From Candidatus Latescibacterota bacterium (GTDB lineage: Bacteria; Latescibacterota; UBA2968; GCA-2709665), in contig OZ241917.1 in NCBI GenBank assembly GCA_965203805.1, forward strand, positions 4,608,001 to 4,672,000: a DNA stretch of 64,000 nt. The letters run 5' to 3'. Below, one piece after another: positions 1-9,277 of the stretch. Every line of letters begins with the position of its first letter. Within the stretch, counting starts at the first letter, position 1. The position numbers and the translations under genes were made by a program. The notes beneath the pieces are model-generated. The model was not told the origin of the DNA. It ran no database searches and saw only the letters and a program-made list of their open reading frames with translations.

Positions 1-2589
1 AAGCGGGACGACTTCCGCTTCCTGGAGAACGGCCAGCTCCGGGCCTTTGCCGACTACGGCATCCAGGTGACGGACAATCTCGGCGTTCCGGTGAGCTTCG
101 GCGATATGTGGTCCTATGTCGAGCAGGGTCGCTACGCGGTGGCTCTCAAGAACAAGACCATCTCGCTCGAGCTGGCAATGGCCCTGTGTACGGCGGCCTG
201 GTACTATGAGGACGGGAGCTATCTGTGGGCGCTGGACTGGATGGGCGGCGCGCCGTATCCGGGCTGCTTCTACCGCGCGCTGCCGAAGCGGGTGCCCGAC
301 CGGCTGACCGGGGTCACCGTTGCGCCGTTCAACCGTTCGCTCTACGACTGGGTGGAGCGGCACGCGCCTGGCGGAGCGAACGTGCCGATCGACGATGCGT
401 TCGACAAGCTGGTCCTGCGCGGCGGGTTCGACAGGGACGACGAATACCTGCTGCTGGACGGGACGTCGACGTTCGCGCACGGACACGAGGACGGCAACTC
501 GATTGCGCGGCTGACGTGGAAGGGGCGGATGTGGCTTGCCGAGCTGGACTACATCTGGAAGCGCCCCCGGCACCACTGCTCGGTCGTTTCGATCTGCGGT
601 GGTGAAACCGCGTCGATGCCGCCGCTGGTTGCGTTGAAGTGGGCCGATGCGTTCGGCGGGACGTCATTGACCCGCACGGTTGCGCCGGAATATAACGGCC
701 TGGACTGGACGCGGGATATCTTCTGGGTGAAGGGCCGGTTCTTTCTGGTTGCGGACTCGCTGAGGCTGCTTCGTGACGCGGATTACGATCTCAGGTGCCT
801 CTGGCGGACGCTTGGCGAAGTCCGGAATGACGGACGCGAGTTGACCGTGGAACAGGAGGGAGTGCACTTCCGGATTCTGAACGCGGACGATTCGGATGCG
901 TCGCTTCTGACGGAAGAAGCGCGCGTTGCAGGAACCGACCCGTACGAATTGTACCCGTACGCGGACGGCCCGATCCGGATTTTCTGCCAGCACAAGGCGC
1001 TGCATGGTCGTCCCGGAGACGTGGAGCGGTTCTTCAACCTGATGGTGGCGGGGTCGGAGGCGGAGATCGATGCATGGCGAATCGAACGGATCGGCGAGGG
1101 CATGGTGAGGGTTGCCCATCCTGACGGGTCCACTGTTTTCGGCGTCGTCGATAAGGAGGTAAAGATCGGCGGTCTAAGGATTGCGGCCGAGGTCTTCGCG
1201 CTGACCGAATCGTCCATGGTGCTGCTCGACGCGACGGGTTTCCTGACGGATGAAGCCGCGTTCGAGAGCGAGATGCCGGTGCATCTGATTCTCTATCCCG
1301 GTGCGGGACACGGCGAGGTCCGCTTAAGCGAGTCGACCCGGGTGCGGATGGACGGACTTCGACTCGACGGGACGGCCGACCCCATACCGGACAGCCTTCC
1401 GGCCGGGACGCACGGGATCAGCGTCGGGAACGCACTCGAGGACGTACTTCGCGACGCCGTTCGGGCCGGCGCGCCCTACGTGCATCGGAGAGCACCGGGA
1501 GTACACGGATTTGTCCCGAAGGATACGTCGATCGCGCGTCTCTGGGAGGCGCGGGTCCAGGGGCCGGTCCGATGCGTGGACGTGAGGGGTGAATCGACGG
1601 CCGTCGGCACGGCGGGCGGGCAGGTGGTCCTTCTCGACCGGCAAGGACGGGTCCGTTGGACGCGCGAGACCGGCGCCGAGGTGCGTGCCGTGCGTCTCAC
1701 GGACATGGAGGAAGGACGGCTTCTGGCCGGCGGGCGGGACCGCGCGTTGACGATGTTCGATGCCGACGGGGAGATTAGCTGGATGCGGTCGTTTTCGGAG
1801 TCTCACGGGGTGGATCAGAACGTGAATGCGGTGACGACGGCGGACCTGACCGGCGATGGAAGACCGGTGATCCTGACGGCGACCGACGGGTGGCTGGTAT
1901 GGGCGCTGGCGCCGGATGGCGAGGAGGTCTGGCAGCGGCAGATCGAACACCACGCCGCGCGCACCCTGGTGGTCGGCGACGTGGAGGGAGACGGCAAGCA
2001 GGAGATTCTGGTGGGCGCCGAATATTACACCTCGAATCTGCTGGAGGCCGACGGGAGGATCCGGTGGACGGTGAACGGAGGGCCCTGCTTTTCGGCGCTG
2101 GGCCTCGCGGACCTGAATGGCGACGGGGTGAAGGAATCGGTCTACGGGGCGATGGACGGCAACGTCTACGCGGTGGATTCCATGTCCGGAAAGATCCTCT
2201 GGACGGCCAACCTGGGAGACGACGTCCGGCACGGCGTGTCGGTCGGCGGGGACGGAATCGCGGCAGGGAGCGAGAGCGGTCACGTGGCGCTCCTGAACGG
2301 CCGGGGCGGGAAGCGCTGGCGACGGGACCTGGACGGAGGGGTAACCGGATTGGTCCTTCTGAATGCCGAAGGCCGGGATGTGATCGTTGCGGGAACCTCC
2401 GACGGGTGGATCGTCTTCCTGTCCATCGATGGGGAGGTGATCGGCAGTCACCGCCTGGAATCCGGCGTAACTGTATTGACCCCTCTGACACTGCCCGGGG
2501 CGCCCGGTCTGCTGGTGGGGACGGACGGCGGCGGTCTGAGCGCCCTGAGTCCCTGTCCAACGTCTTTCGATTTGCGCATCACACCCTGA
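1..2589 (+). CDS. 5'-truncated heparinase II/III-like (alginate/oligosaccharide lyase-like) protein with C-terminal PQQ/FG-GAP beta-propeller
   Basis: Frame is open from base 1. HGHEDGNSI motif and WTRDIFWVKGRFFLVAD resemble heparinase II/III C-terminal domains. The C-terminus has repeated DLTGDG/DVEGDG/DLNGDG and 'G..RW' propeller blades. Confidence 0.6.
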   Translation, partial: KRDDFRFLENGQLRAFADYGIQVTDNLGVPVSFGDMWSYVEQGRYAVALKNKTISLELAMALCTAAWYYEDGSYLWALDWMGGAPYPGCFYRALPKRVPDRLTGVTVAPFNRSLYDWVERHAPGGANVPIDDAFDKLVLRGGFDRDDEYLLLDGTSTFAHGHEDGNSIARLTWKGRMWLAELDYIWKRPRHHCSVVSICGGETASMPPLVALKWADAFGGTSLTRTVAPEYNGLDWTRDIFWVKGRFFLVADSLRLLRDADYDLRCLWRTLGEVRNDGRELTVEQEGVHFRILNADDSDASLLTEEARVAGTDPYELYPYADGPIRIFCQHKALHGRPGDVERFFNLMVAGSEAEIDAWRIERIGEGMVRVAHPDGSTVFGVVDKEVKIGGLRIAAEVFALTESSMVLLDATGFLTDEAAFESEMPVHLILYPGAGHGEVRLSESTRVRMDGLRLDGTADPIPDSLPAGTHGISVGNALEDVLRDAVRAGAPYVHRRAPGVHGFVPKDTSIARLWEARVQGPVRCVDVRGESTAVGTAGGQVVLLDRQGRVRWTRETGAEVRAVRLTDMEEGRLLAGGRDRALTMFDADGEISWMRSFSESHGVDQNVNAVTTADLTGDGRPVILTATDGWLVWALAPDGEEVWQRQIEHHAARTLVVGDVEGDGKQEILVGAEYYTSNLLEADGRIRWTVNGGPCFSALGLADLNGDGVKESVYGAMDGNVYAVDSMSGKILWTANLGDDVRHGVSVGGDGIAAGSESGHVALLNGRGGKRWRRDLDGGVTGLVLLNAEGRDVIVAGTSDGWIVFLSIDGEVIGSHRLESGVTVLTPLTLPGAPGLLVGTDGGGLSALSPCPTSFDLRITP

Positions 2590-2674
2590 TCCCATAAATT
2601 GGGAGGCCTTTGTACCGCCGCCCGATCGACTTGTCATCGCGCCTGCTATACACCCGATTTCGGAGAAATGCACA

Positions 2675-3616
2675 ATGAAATTCGCACTCGTCCTGAGTCC
2701 TCTCGATGAAGAACGAATGGCTCTTGCCCGCCAGATCGGCGTGACCGACCTGGTAACGACACTTCCCAATGGCGGCCCGATCTGGGACTTTGATGCCATT
2801 GTACACCACAAGCAGCGCATTGCCGACGCAGGTCTCACGTGGTCCGTGGTGGAGTCGGTCCCGATCTCGAACCGCATCACGCTGGGTCTGGACGGCCGGG
2901 ACGAGGACATCGACGCGTACTGCCAGACCATCCGCAACCTGGGCGCGGCAGGTATCGGGATCATGTGCTGGAACTGGATGGCCGTGTTCAACTGGATGCG
3001 CACGTCCTTTACCACGCGCGGCCGGGGCGATGCGTTTGTGAGCAGCTACGATAACACGCTGATGCAGGACGCGCCCCCAACGCAGTACGGGGAAGTGAGC
3101 GAAGCGGTGCTCTGGGAAACCCTGGAGTATTTCCTGGAAAGGGTCATCCCCGTGGCCGAGGAAGCCGGCGTCAGGCAGGCGCTGCATCCCGACGATCCGC
3201 CCCTATCGCCCGTTCGTGGGATCGGCCGAATCATCACCAGCGTGGACGCGTTCCAGCGCGTCGTCGACATGGTTCCCAGCGACTACAACGGAATTACCTT
3301 CTGCCAGGGCAACTTCGCGGCCATGGGCGCGGACGTGCCGGCCGCCATCCGCCGGTTTGCGGACAAGATCCACTTCTCCCACTTCCGCGACGTCAGAGGC
3401 ACCGTGCCCAGCTTCGAGGAAACCTTCCACGACGAGGGCGACACGGACATGGCGGAGTGCATCCGGGCGTACAGGGACATCGGATTCACCGGGCCCATCC
3501 GTCCCGACCACGTCCCGGTTCTGTCCGGGGAGGCAAACGACCCGCCCGGCTACACCCTGATGGGCAGGCTCTATGCCGTCGGCTATATGAAAGGCCTGTT
3601 GGACGGCACGGCCTGA
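2675..3616 (+). CDS. uxuA: mannonate dehydratase
   Basis: VVESVP, CWNWM, ALHPDDPP, NGITFCQG, HFRDVRG and RPDHVP..GY...GRLYAVGYMKGL motifs. Confidence 0.9.
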   Translation: MKFALVLSPLDEERMALARQIGVTDLVTTLPNGGPIWDFDAIVHHKQRIADAGLTWSVVESVPISNRITLGLDGRDEDIDAYCQTIRNLGAAGIGIMCWNWMAVFNWMRTSFTTRGRGDAFVSSYDNTLMQDAPPTQYGEVSEAVLWETLEYFLERVIPVAEEAGVRQALHPDDPPLSPVRGIGRIITSVDAFQRVVDMVPSDYNGITFCQGNFAAMGADVPAAIRRFADKIHFSHFRDVRGTVPSFEETFHDEGDTDMAECIRAYRDIGFTGPIRPDHVPVLSGEANDPPGYTLMGRLYAVGYMKGLLDGTA

Positions 3617-3685
3617 GGCACTCGCCCTGACCTCTTTAGCTCAAAAACCGGAACTTATATGGATGGACAGGAGGAAAACCAAAGA

Positions 3686-3846
3686 GCACGAGAAAGGCAC
3701 GAGAAAACGAGGAAAACCAAAAAGCGCGGCAAAGGCGCGAGAGAACGCGTAACGGCAATGCATGAGAAAGCAAGTCACTGCAGGGCCACGGTGTTACGAG
3801 ACACGCCGTTCCGCACCGGTGCCTTCTGTGCCTTTCTTTTGTGGCC
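3686..3846. repeat. intergenic element with purine-rich left flank (CACGAGAAAGG-type), pyrimidine-rich right flank (GTGCCTTCTGTGCCTTTC) and central CGTAAC...GTTACG hairpin
   Basis: Imperfect short tandem repeats in inverted arrangement, read directly from the sequence. Confidence 0.5.
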
Positions 3847-3908
3847 AATTTGACGGTTATCTTTTCTCGAATTAACCTCAGACCCGTCGACGGCAGGATC
3901 GACAATCC

Positions 3909-4877
3909 ATGCGCGACATCAGAATCGGCGCCGCCCAGTTCGAAGCGAGAGACGCCGACAAGTCCTACAACCTTTCCCGGATCGAGGCGCTCACGAGGCG
4001 GGCCGTCGACGAGGGCGCCGAAATCGTCTCCTTCCACGAATGCTGCATTCCCGGTTACACCTTTCTGCAGACCCTTTCACGCACCCGCATCGCCGAACTG
4101 GCGGAACCCGTTCCGGGCGGCCCCTCCACGAAACGCCTGATCGAGATCGCAAGGGAGTACAATGTCTCCGTGCTGGCCGGACTTGTGGAAACGGAAAATG
4201 ACGCATTGTACAACACTTACGTCGCCGTGAATCCGGACGGTTACGTCGCGAAGCATCGCAAGCTGCACGCCTTCATCAGCAAATTCATTGACTCGGGTGA
4301 CACGTTCACCGTCTTCGACCTCTGCGGCTGCCGCGCCGGCATCCTGATCTGTTATGACAACAACCTGCCCGAGAACGTGCGACTTACCGCCATGATGGGC
4401 GCCGAAATCGTGTTCATGCCGCACGTCACCTGCGGGCTCCCATCCGCCATGCCCGGCCGGGGCGTCATCGACCGCGCCCTCTGGGAGAACCGTCATCGCG
4501 ATCCCGTTTCCCTCCGCCAGGAGTTCAATGGGCCCAAGGGGCGAGGGTGGCTGATGCGCTGGCTGCCGGCGCGGGCGTACGAAAACGGCGTCTACGCCGT
4601 GTACACGAATCCCATTGGGATCGATCACGATACCGTCAAAAACGGCAATGCCATGATCCTGGACCCGTTCGGCGAGATCGTGATCGAGTCCGATGCGCTC
4701 GAGGACGACGTGGTGGTGGGGTTGCTCGCCCCCGAAAAAATACCGGTCTCCTCCGGGTACCGCTATCTGCGGGCGCGCCGACCCGACCTCTACGGAAAGC
4801 TGGCGGAACCCCTGCCGCCCGGCATGCAGGGAGGCACGAATCCGGGGTGGAAACTGAAGGAACCCAATGATGGCTAG
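3909..4877 (+). CDS. nitrilase/carbon-nitrogen hydrolase family protein
   Basis: Catalytic triad context: FHECC (E), HRKLH (K), LICYDN (C). Confidence 0.9.
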   Translation: MRDIRIGAAQFEARDADKSYNLSRIEALTRRAVDEGAEIVSFHECCIPGYTFLQTLSRTRIAELAEPVPGGPSTKRLIEIAREYNVSVLAGLVETENDALYNTYVAVNPDGYVAKHRKLHAFISKFIDSGDTFTVFDLCGCRAGILICYDNNLPENVRLTAMMGAEIVFMPHVTCGLPSAMPGRGVIDRALWENRHRDPVSLRQEFNGPKGRGWLMRWLPARAYENGVYAVYTNPIGIDHDTVKNGNAMILDPFGEIVIESDALEDDVVVGLLAPEKIPVSSGYRYLRARRPDLYGKLAEPLPPGMQGGTNPGWKLKEPNDG

Positions 4878-4878
4878 G

Positions 4879-4920
4879 CCCTTCGCCGACCCTTCGACAA
4901 GCTCAGGGAGCGGCTCAGTG
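4879..4920. repeat. CCCTTCGACAAGCTCAGG-type palindromic repeat (nested)
   Basis: Same motif recurs at 45373-45462. Confidence 0.7.
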
Positions 4921-4977
4921 CCCGGATCGGCTATCCCTCTCCAACTGGCGCTTACCAGGACCCATTGAAAGGAAAAG

Positions 4978-6957
4978 ATGGCGCAGAGTTCCGCAGCTCA
5001 GACAGCGTCCGAGACTCACGCCGCGCCGCAATCCGACGCGGTGACGCTTCGCGCCGTCGCCATCGGCCTGCTGCTGGTGCTCGTCGTCAATTTCTGGATC
5101 TCAACCACCGAATACGTCATCCACGCCTCGCGGATGCAACTCTCCTTTTTCCCCCTCGCCCTCTTCGCCACTTTCCTCCTGCTGGTCATCGTCAACGGAT
5201 TCATCCGCAGCATCCGGCCGGACAGCGCCCTGCAGTCGTCGGAACTGCTCACCGTCCTGGCAATGGGGTTCGTCGGCGCCGTGGTGCCCACGTCGGGTAT
5301 CACGGGCTTTCTCCTCGGCATTCTCTCGGGCGTCTATTATTTCGCAACCCCCGAGAACCAGTGGGCGAACTACCTGCATCCCAATATGCCCGAATGGGCC
5401 GTACCCTCGAACGAAAATCACGCGATGACCTGGTTTTACGAGGGTCTGCCCGAGGGACAACAGGCGCCGTACCAGGCCTGGATCGCGCCTCTCATCAGCT
5501 GGATCTTCTTTCTCTTCGCCCTTTGCACGCTCCTTTTCTGCATTTCGGTGATTCTCCGAAAGCAGTGGGTGCGGAACGAGCGCCTGGTCTTTCCACTTGC
5601 ATCCGTGGGGGCCACGCTGACGCGCGCCACCCGTGGCGGGTTTCTGCCCGACGCCCTTCGCGGGGGCCTTTTCTGGGGCGGCTTCGGCGTTGGATTCGGC
5701 GCCATTACCTGGAATATCCTCAATTATTTCTGGCCGGTCGTGCCCAGGATCCCCCTGCAGGGCAAGTGGGTCGTCTTTGCGAAGGGCTTTCCGCGCGTCA
5801 ATACCCGCATCAATTTTCTGACGGCGGGCTTCGCGTACTTCGCCAACCTGAATATCCTGTTCTCCATCTGGGTATTCTTCGTGCTCTTCTTCTGGTTCGA
5901 AAACGGCATTATCAATCGCGTCGGATACGTCATCCCGCGCAAGCCGCTCAACTTCTCCGCCGAAACCGAAGTCACGGCCTGGCAGGGGTTCGGCGCGCTG
6001 ACGGTGCTGGTGCTGTGGAACCTCTGGACCGCCCGCACCCATATCAGGGCCGTCTTCGCCAGGGCGTTCGGAAGAGGCGATGCCGACGATGCCGGCGAAC
6101 TGCTCACATACCGGTTCGCGGTGTTCGGACTCATCGGCAGCCTCGTCTTCATCTGCGCCTTCTTCTCCCAACTGGGCATGCAGGGCAAACTCGTCGCATT
6201 GCTCGTGCCCGCCCTGATCGTCAACTACCTCTCCATCGCCCGAATCGTCTGCGAGACCGGTCTGGCCTATATGCGCACCACGTTGACCGAACAGTACGCC
6301 GCCCTGTACACGATCGGCACGAGGGCGCTTGCGCCGGCAAGCATGTCCGGAATCAGCCTCACGTACAGCCTTGTCTGCCAGGGCAAGGGCACCTTTATGT
6401 CACCCTTCATGCACGTGGCTCGGCTCGCGGATCTGATCCGCCGCAACCGGCGACGCCTTGTGCCCGCTCTGGCGCTGGTCGTCGTCGTGGGCCTCGCGGC
6501 CGACTTCGCCCTCACCATCTTCCTGGGTTATCGGACCGGCGCGTTCAATTTCAATGCGTGGCCCTTCTCCAGCGCAGGCCGCTTCGCTTACGACCTGACG
6601 GTTACGCAGATGCGGAGTCCGTTCGACACCAGCTGGGAGCGCCTGGCGGTCTTCTGCGTGGGCGCCGCCGCGATGTCCCTGCTGACTTTTCTGCACTACC
6701 GTCTGCCGTGGTGGCCATTCCATCCCATCGCGTTTCCAATTGCCTTTTCCTGGAACACCCAGCTAACCTTCTTTTCGATCTTCGTGGTGTGGGCCATCAA
6801 GGCCATTCTGCTCAAGGTCGGCGGCGTCAACCTGTACCGGAAGTGGCAGCCCGCCTTCCTGGGGCTGCTGACAGGGTACGTTCTGGCAATCACATTGTCC
6901 TTCCTCGTGGACGCGATCTGGTTTCCCGGCCAGGGACACGGCGTGCATAATTACTAG
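4978..6957 (+). CDS. polytopic membrane protein, DUF6785/DUF6784-like (putative transporter)
   Basis: Many TM segments. Motifs ILRKQWVRNERLVFPL and WWPFHPIAF...KAILLKVGG are recalled as typical of this family. Confidence 0.7.
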   Translation: MAQSSAAQTASETHAAPQSDAVTLRAVAIGLLLVLVVNFWISTTEYVIHASRMQLSFFPLALFATFLLLVIVNGFIRSIRPDSALQSSELLTVLAMGFVGAVVPTSGITGFLLGILSGVYYFATPENQWANYLHPNMPEWAVPSNENHAMTWFYEGLPEGQQAPYQAWIAPLISWIFFLFALCTLLFCISVILRKQWVRNERLVFPLASVGATLTRATRGGFLPDALRGGLFWGGFGVGFGAITWNILNYFWPVVPRIPLQGKWVVFAKGFPRVNTRINFLTAGFAYFANLNILFSIWVFFVLFFWFENGIINRVGYVIPRKPLNFSAETEVTAWQGFGALTVLVLWNLWTARTHIRAVFARAFGRGDADDAGELLTYRFAVFGLIGSLVFICAFFSQLGMQGKLVALLVPALIVNYLSIARIVCETGLAYMRTTLTEQYAALYTIGTRALAPASMSGISLTYSLVCQGKGTFMSPFMHVARLADLIRRNRRRLVPALALVVVVGLAADFALTIFLGYRTGAFNFNAWPFSSAGRFAYDLTVTQMRSPFDTSWERLAVFCVGAAAMSLLTFLHYRLPWWPFHPIAFPIAFSWNTQLTFFSIFVVWAIKAILLKVGGVNLYRKWQPAFLGLLTGYVLAITLSFLVDAIWFPGQGHGVHNY

Positions 6958-6980
6958 GCGAAGTGCCAGGCGGACGTCCG

Positions 6981-7010
6981 AAAAAAAGGCCGACGAACGT
7001 TTCGTCGGCC
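6981..7010 (-). terminator. intrinsic terminator for the minus-strand GWxTD genes
   Basis: GGCCGACGAA-CGT-TTCGTCGGCC perfect 10-bp stem preceded by A7 on the + strand (U-tract on the - strand); lies between convergent genes. Confidence 0.8.
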
Positions 7011-7057
7011 CTTCCTGTCGTGCCTGTTGTCTGGCGAGGCTCACGTCTACCCCCGGA

Positions 7058-9103
7058 TCACGGCATCACCCGGAATACCGCGGAACTCGTCGCCTGGCTT
7101 TTTTCCCGCAAGTCCTCCACGACCACCCTGAAGGCCCAGGGACCGGGCTTCGATCCTTCCATGTCCAGCGTAAGATAGTGCGGCTGCCAGTCCCGGGCTT
7201 CGTTGTACGAGTTGGTCACGGCCGTGGTCCACTCCGGAATCGCCGCGTCTTCTTCCGTCCATTTTTCCGGCAGCGGGCGAGTCTGGTACGTGATCCGGTA
7301 GCTTGTGGCGCCGAACTCATCCCGCTTCAGATTGTAAACCTCGAAATAGAACGACATGCTGGCGTCCCGCTGGCACTGCTTCAAGGGATTGGGCAACACC
7401 ATATACCTGTCCCGGCCGAACGGCCGGTCGTCGTGTTCGACGACCCGCTGAGCCAGCAGCAGATCGCTGATCTCCAGTCTGTCCCTGCCGAATCCGCCGA
7501 TCTGTAACGACTCGCGAAAAGTCCCCAGGCTGTGCCGGCTGAGATCCTCCGTCTCAACCGACAGGTGGTACGTCCCGGGATCCATCGACAGACGCTCGCC
7601 CCAGAAAAGATATCCGTCCCGAACGGCGTTGCCTTCGATCCACGGCATTCTGTGAATGGGTGAAATGGTCTTTCGGACTTCCTTCCATCCCGCGTCGAAC
7701 AGAAACAGCCCCTGCTTGAGATCCACTGCCTGTATACCGGAACTGACCTCCTGGTGCGCCACATGTTCGCCGGCAAGCGCATAGTACACCTCCACGCGGG
7801 TTTTTCCGTTCTCTCCCCGGAACTGCGCGATCTCGAACGGCGCGTCGTAACGCTTCAGCCAGTACGGGTCGCTGTAGTACTCGGGGATCCGCGCCACCAG
7901 ATCCTTGTATTTGCTTCTTACCGAACCACGGATCGCGATCTGCAGCACCTCCCAGTTTTTTTCTCCGAGGCGTTCGAACGTCACGCTGAACCCCGGATAA
8001 CTCCACCTCTCGCGGAGCAGCACGTAATTCATCCGATCCAGATAGATGTTTCGCGCATCGGGATGCCCGTAACGTATGTACACCTGGCCGCGGTCCGTCT
8101 CCCAGCCTTCGACGCCCCGGTCCGGATCGGCGAACCTGAGATTGGCGTAGGCCACCCGCCTGCAGTGTTCCAGCATCCGCTCGTTCCCGGGAGTCAGAAA
8201 CAGCGGATCCCGTCCTGTCCAGAACCGCCGCAAAGTGTCTTCGTCCGGCAGCTCGCCGCCGTCTTTCAACGCTTCCCGGTCCGTCAACACCACCACGGAC
8301 CGGATGAACTGCTGTTCCAGCGGCGACATCAGGTCCAGGCCTTCCGAATAGAGGGCGAAGGCTTTGTCCAGGTCCTTGCGATTCTGGTATCCCAGCCCCG
8401 TGAAGAAGTATGCATCCCAGTCTTCCGGGTGGCGTTGTGCGTATTCTTCGAACAGCTCCACCAGTCGATCGGCCATGTGTCCTTCGAGGTAGACCTGGCC
8501 AAGCAGAATCCGCGCGGGACGGTGTTCCGGATCCACTTCCAGCACACGGGTGAGATAGCCGATCGCCTGCTCCCGCATCCCCCTGCCGTAATTCCCGTAG
8601 TGGAACCTTCGCTTGCGCTCCGGTCCCGACTTCAGGGTTTCCCGTTCCAGATTGTACATCATTTCCCGGGCGGCGTACCTGCCGGCCTGGTATAGGGCGT
8701 CGACGTTATTCGGCGACAGTGCGATCGCCCGCCGGATCTGCACGTAGAACTCTTTGCGCGATCCCGCTTGCCAGTAAATCTCCGCATACGTCTTGACGTA
8801 AGCGGCGTTCTCCGGCTCCCGCTTCATCGCCCGTTGCACCCACTGCCGAGCGAACCGCCTGGACAACACGGTGCCGCGACTCAGATAGTGCCTGGCCAGG
8901 GCGTGCATCGCCCTTCCGGACGGATCGTATCGAACCGCCCGCTCCATCAACGATACGCGCTTCATGTGCGACAGGGAGGTATCCGCCGCAGAGTCAAGAA
9001 GGGCCGCCACTTTATACGCGTCCCGTTTGGCGGCCGGTAAAGGCGCGGCGAAGCAAAGGATGGTGGGGATCAACAGCGCGAAACGCAACATGACGTAACC
9101 CAC
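7058..9103 (-). CDS. exported TPR + GWxTD domain protein (paralogue 1; start possibly 9091)
   Basis: Signal peptide, TPR-like helices, FWTGRDP...NERMLEHCRRVAYANLRF...GWETDRGQVYIRYGHPD. Confidence 0.85.
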   Translation of the reverse strand: MGYVMLRFALLIPTILCFAAPLPAAKRDAYKVAALLDSAADTSLSHMKRVSLMERAVRYDPSGRAMHALARHYLSRGTVLSRRFARQWVQRAMKREPENAAYVKTYAEIYWQAGSRKEFYVQIRRAIALSPNNVDALYQAGRYAAREMMYNLERETLKSGPERKRRFHYGNYGRGMREQAIGYLTRVLEVDPEHRPARILLGQVYLEGHMADRLVELFEEYAQRHPEDWDAYFFTGLGYQNRKDLDKAFALYSEGLDLMSPLEQQFIRSVVVLTDREALKDGGELPDEDTLRRFWTGRDPLFLTPGNERMLEHCRRVAYANLRFADPDRGVEGWETDRGQVYIRYGHPDARNIYLDRMNYVLLRERWSYPGFSVTFERLGEKNWEVLQIAIRGSVRSKYKDLVARIPEYYSDPYWLKRYDAPFEIAQFRGENGKTRVEVYYALAGEHVAHQEVSSGIQAVDLKQGLFLFDAGWKEVRKTISPIHRMPWIEGNAVRDGYLFWGERLSMDPGTYHLSVETEDLSRHSLGTFRESLQIGGFGRDRLEISDLLLAQRVVEHDDRPFGRDRYMVLPNPLKQCQRDASMSFYFEVYNLKRDEFGATSYRITYQTRPLPEKWTEEDAAIPEWTTAVTNSYNEARDWQPHYLTLDMEGSKPGPWAFRVVVEDLREKSQATSSAVFRVMP

Positions 9104-9277
9104 GTGAATCGGCGGAGACGGAAGACCGGCGACAGGCGGGATGAAGGCGGGCGCCGCAACCGTTTACGAATTATCCGATACGTACCCCGAGTACCATATG
9201 TAGACCCTGAAATGAAATGAAAAGTTCCGACGGCATGTCCATCGACGCTTCGACAGGCGGGGCCGGCCGCACGCCGG

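Noticed and set aside
1324-3015. Long antisense or alternate-frame ORFs (also 4965-6950, 11302-12618, 24703-25971, 55846-57141, 60297-61760)
   Set aside because: Shadow ORFs of high-GC genes. They overlap well-supported CDSs and show no motifs.
3747-3799. GCGTAAC...GTTACGA hairpin resembling an integron attC site
   Set aside because: L-box spacing does not fit, there is no cassette array or integrase, and it sits within a repeat element.
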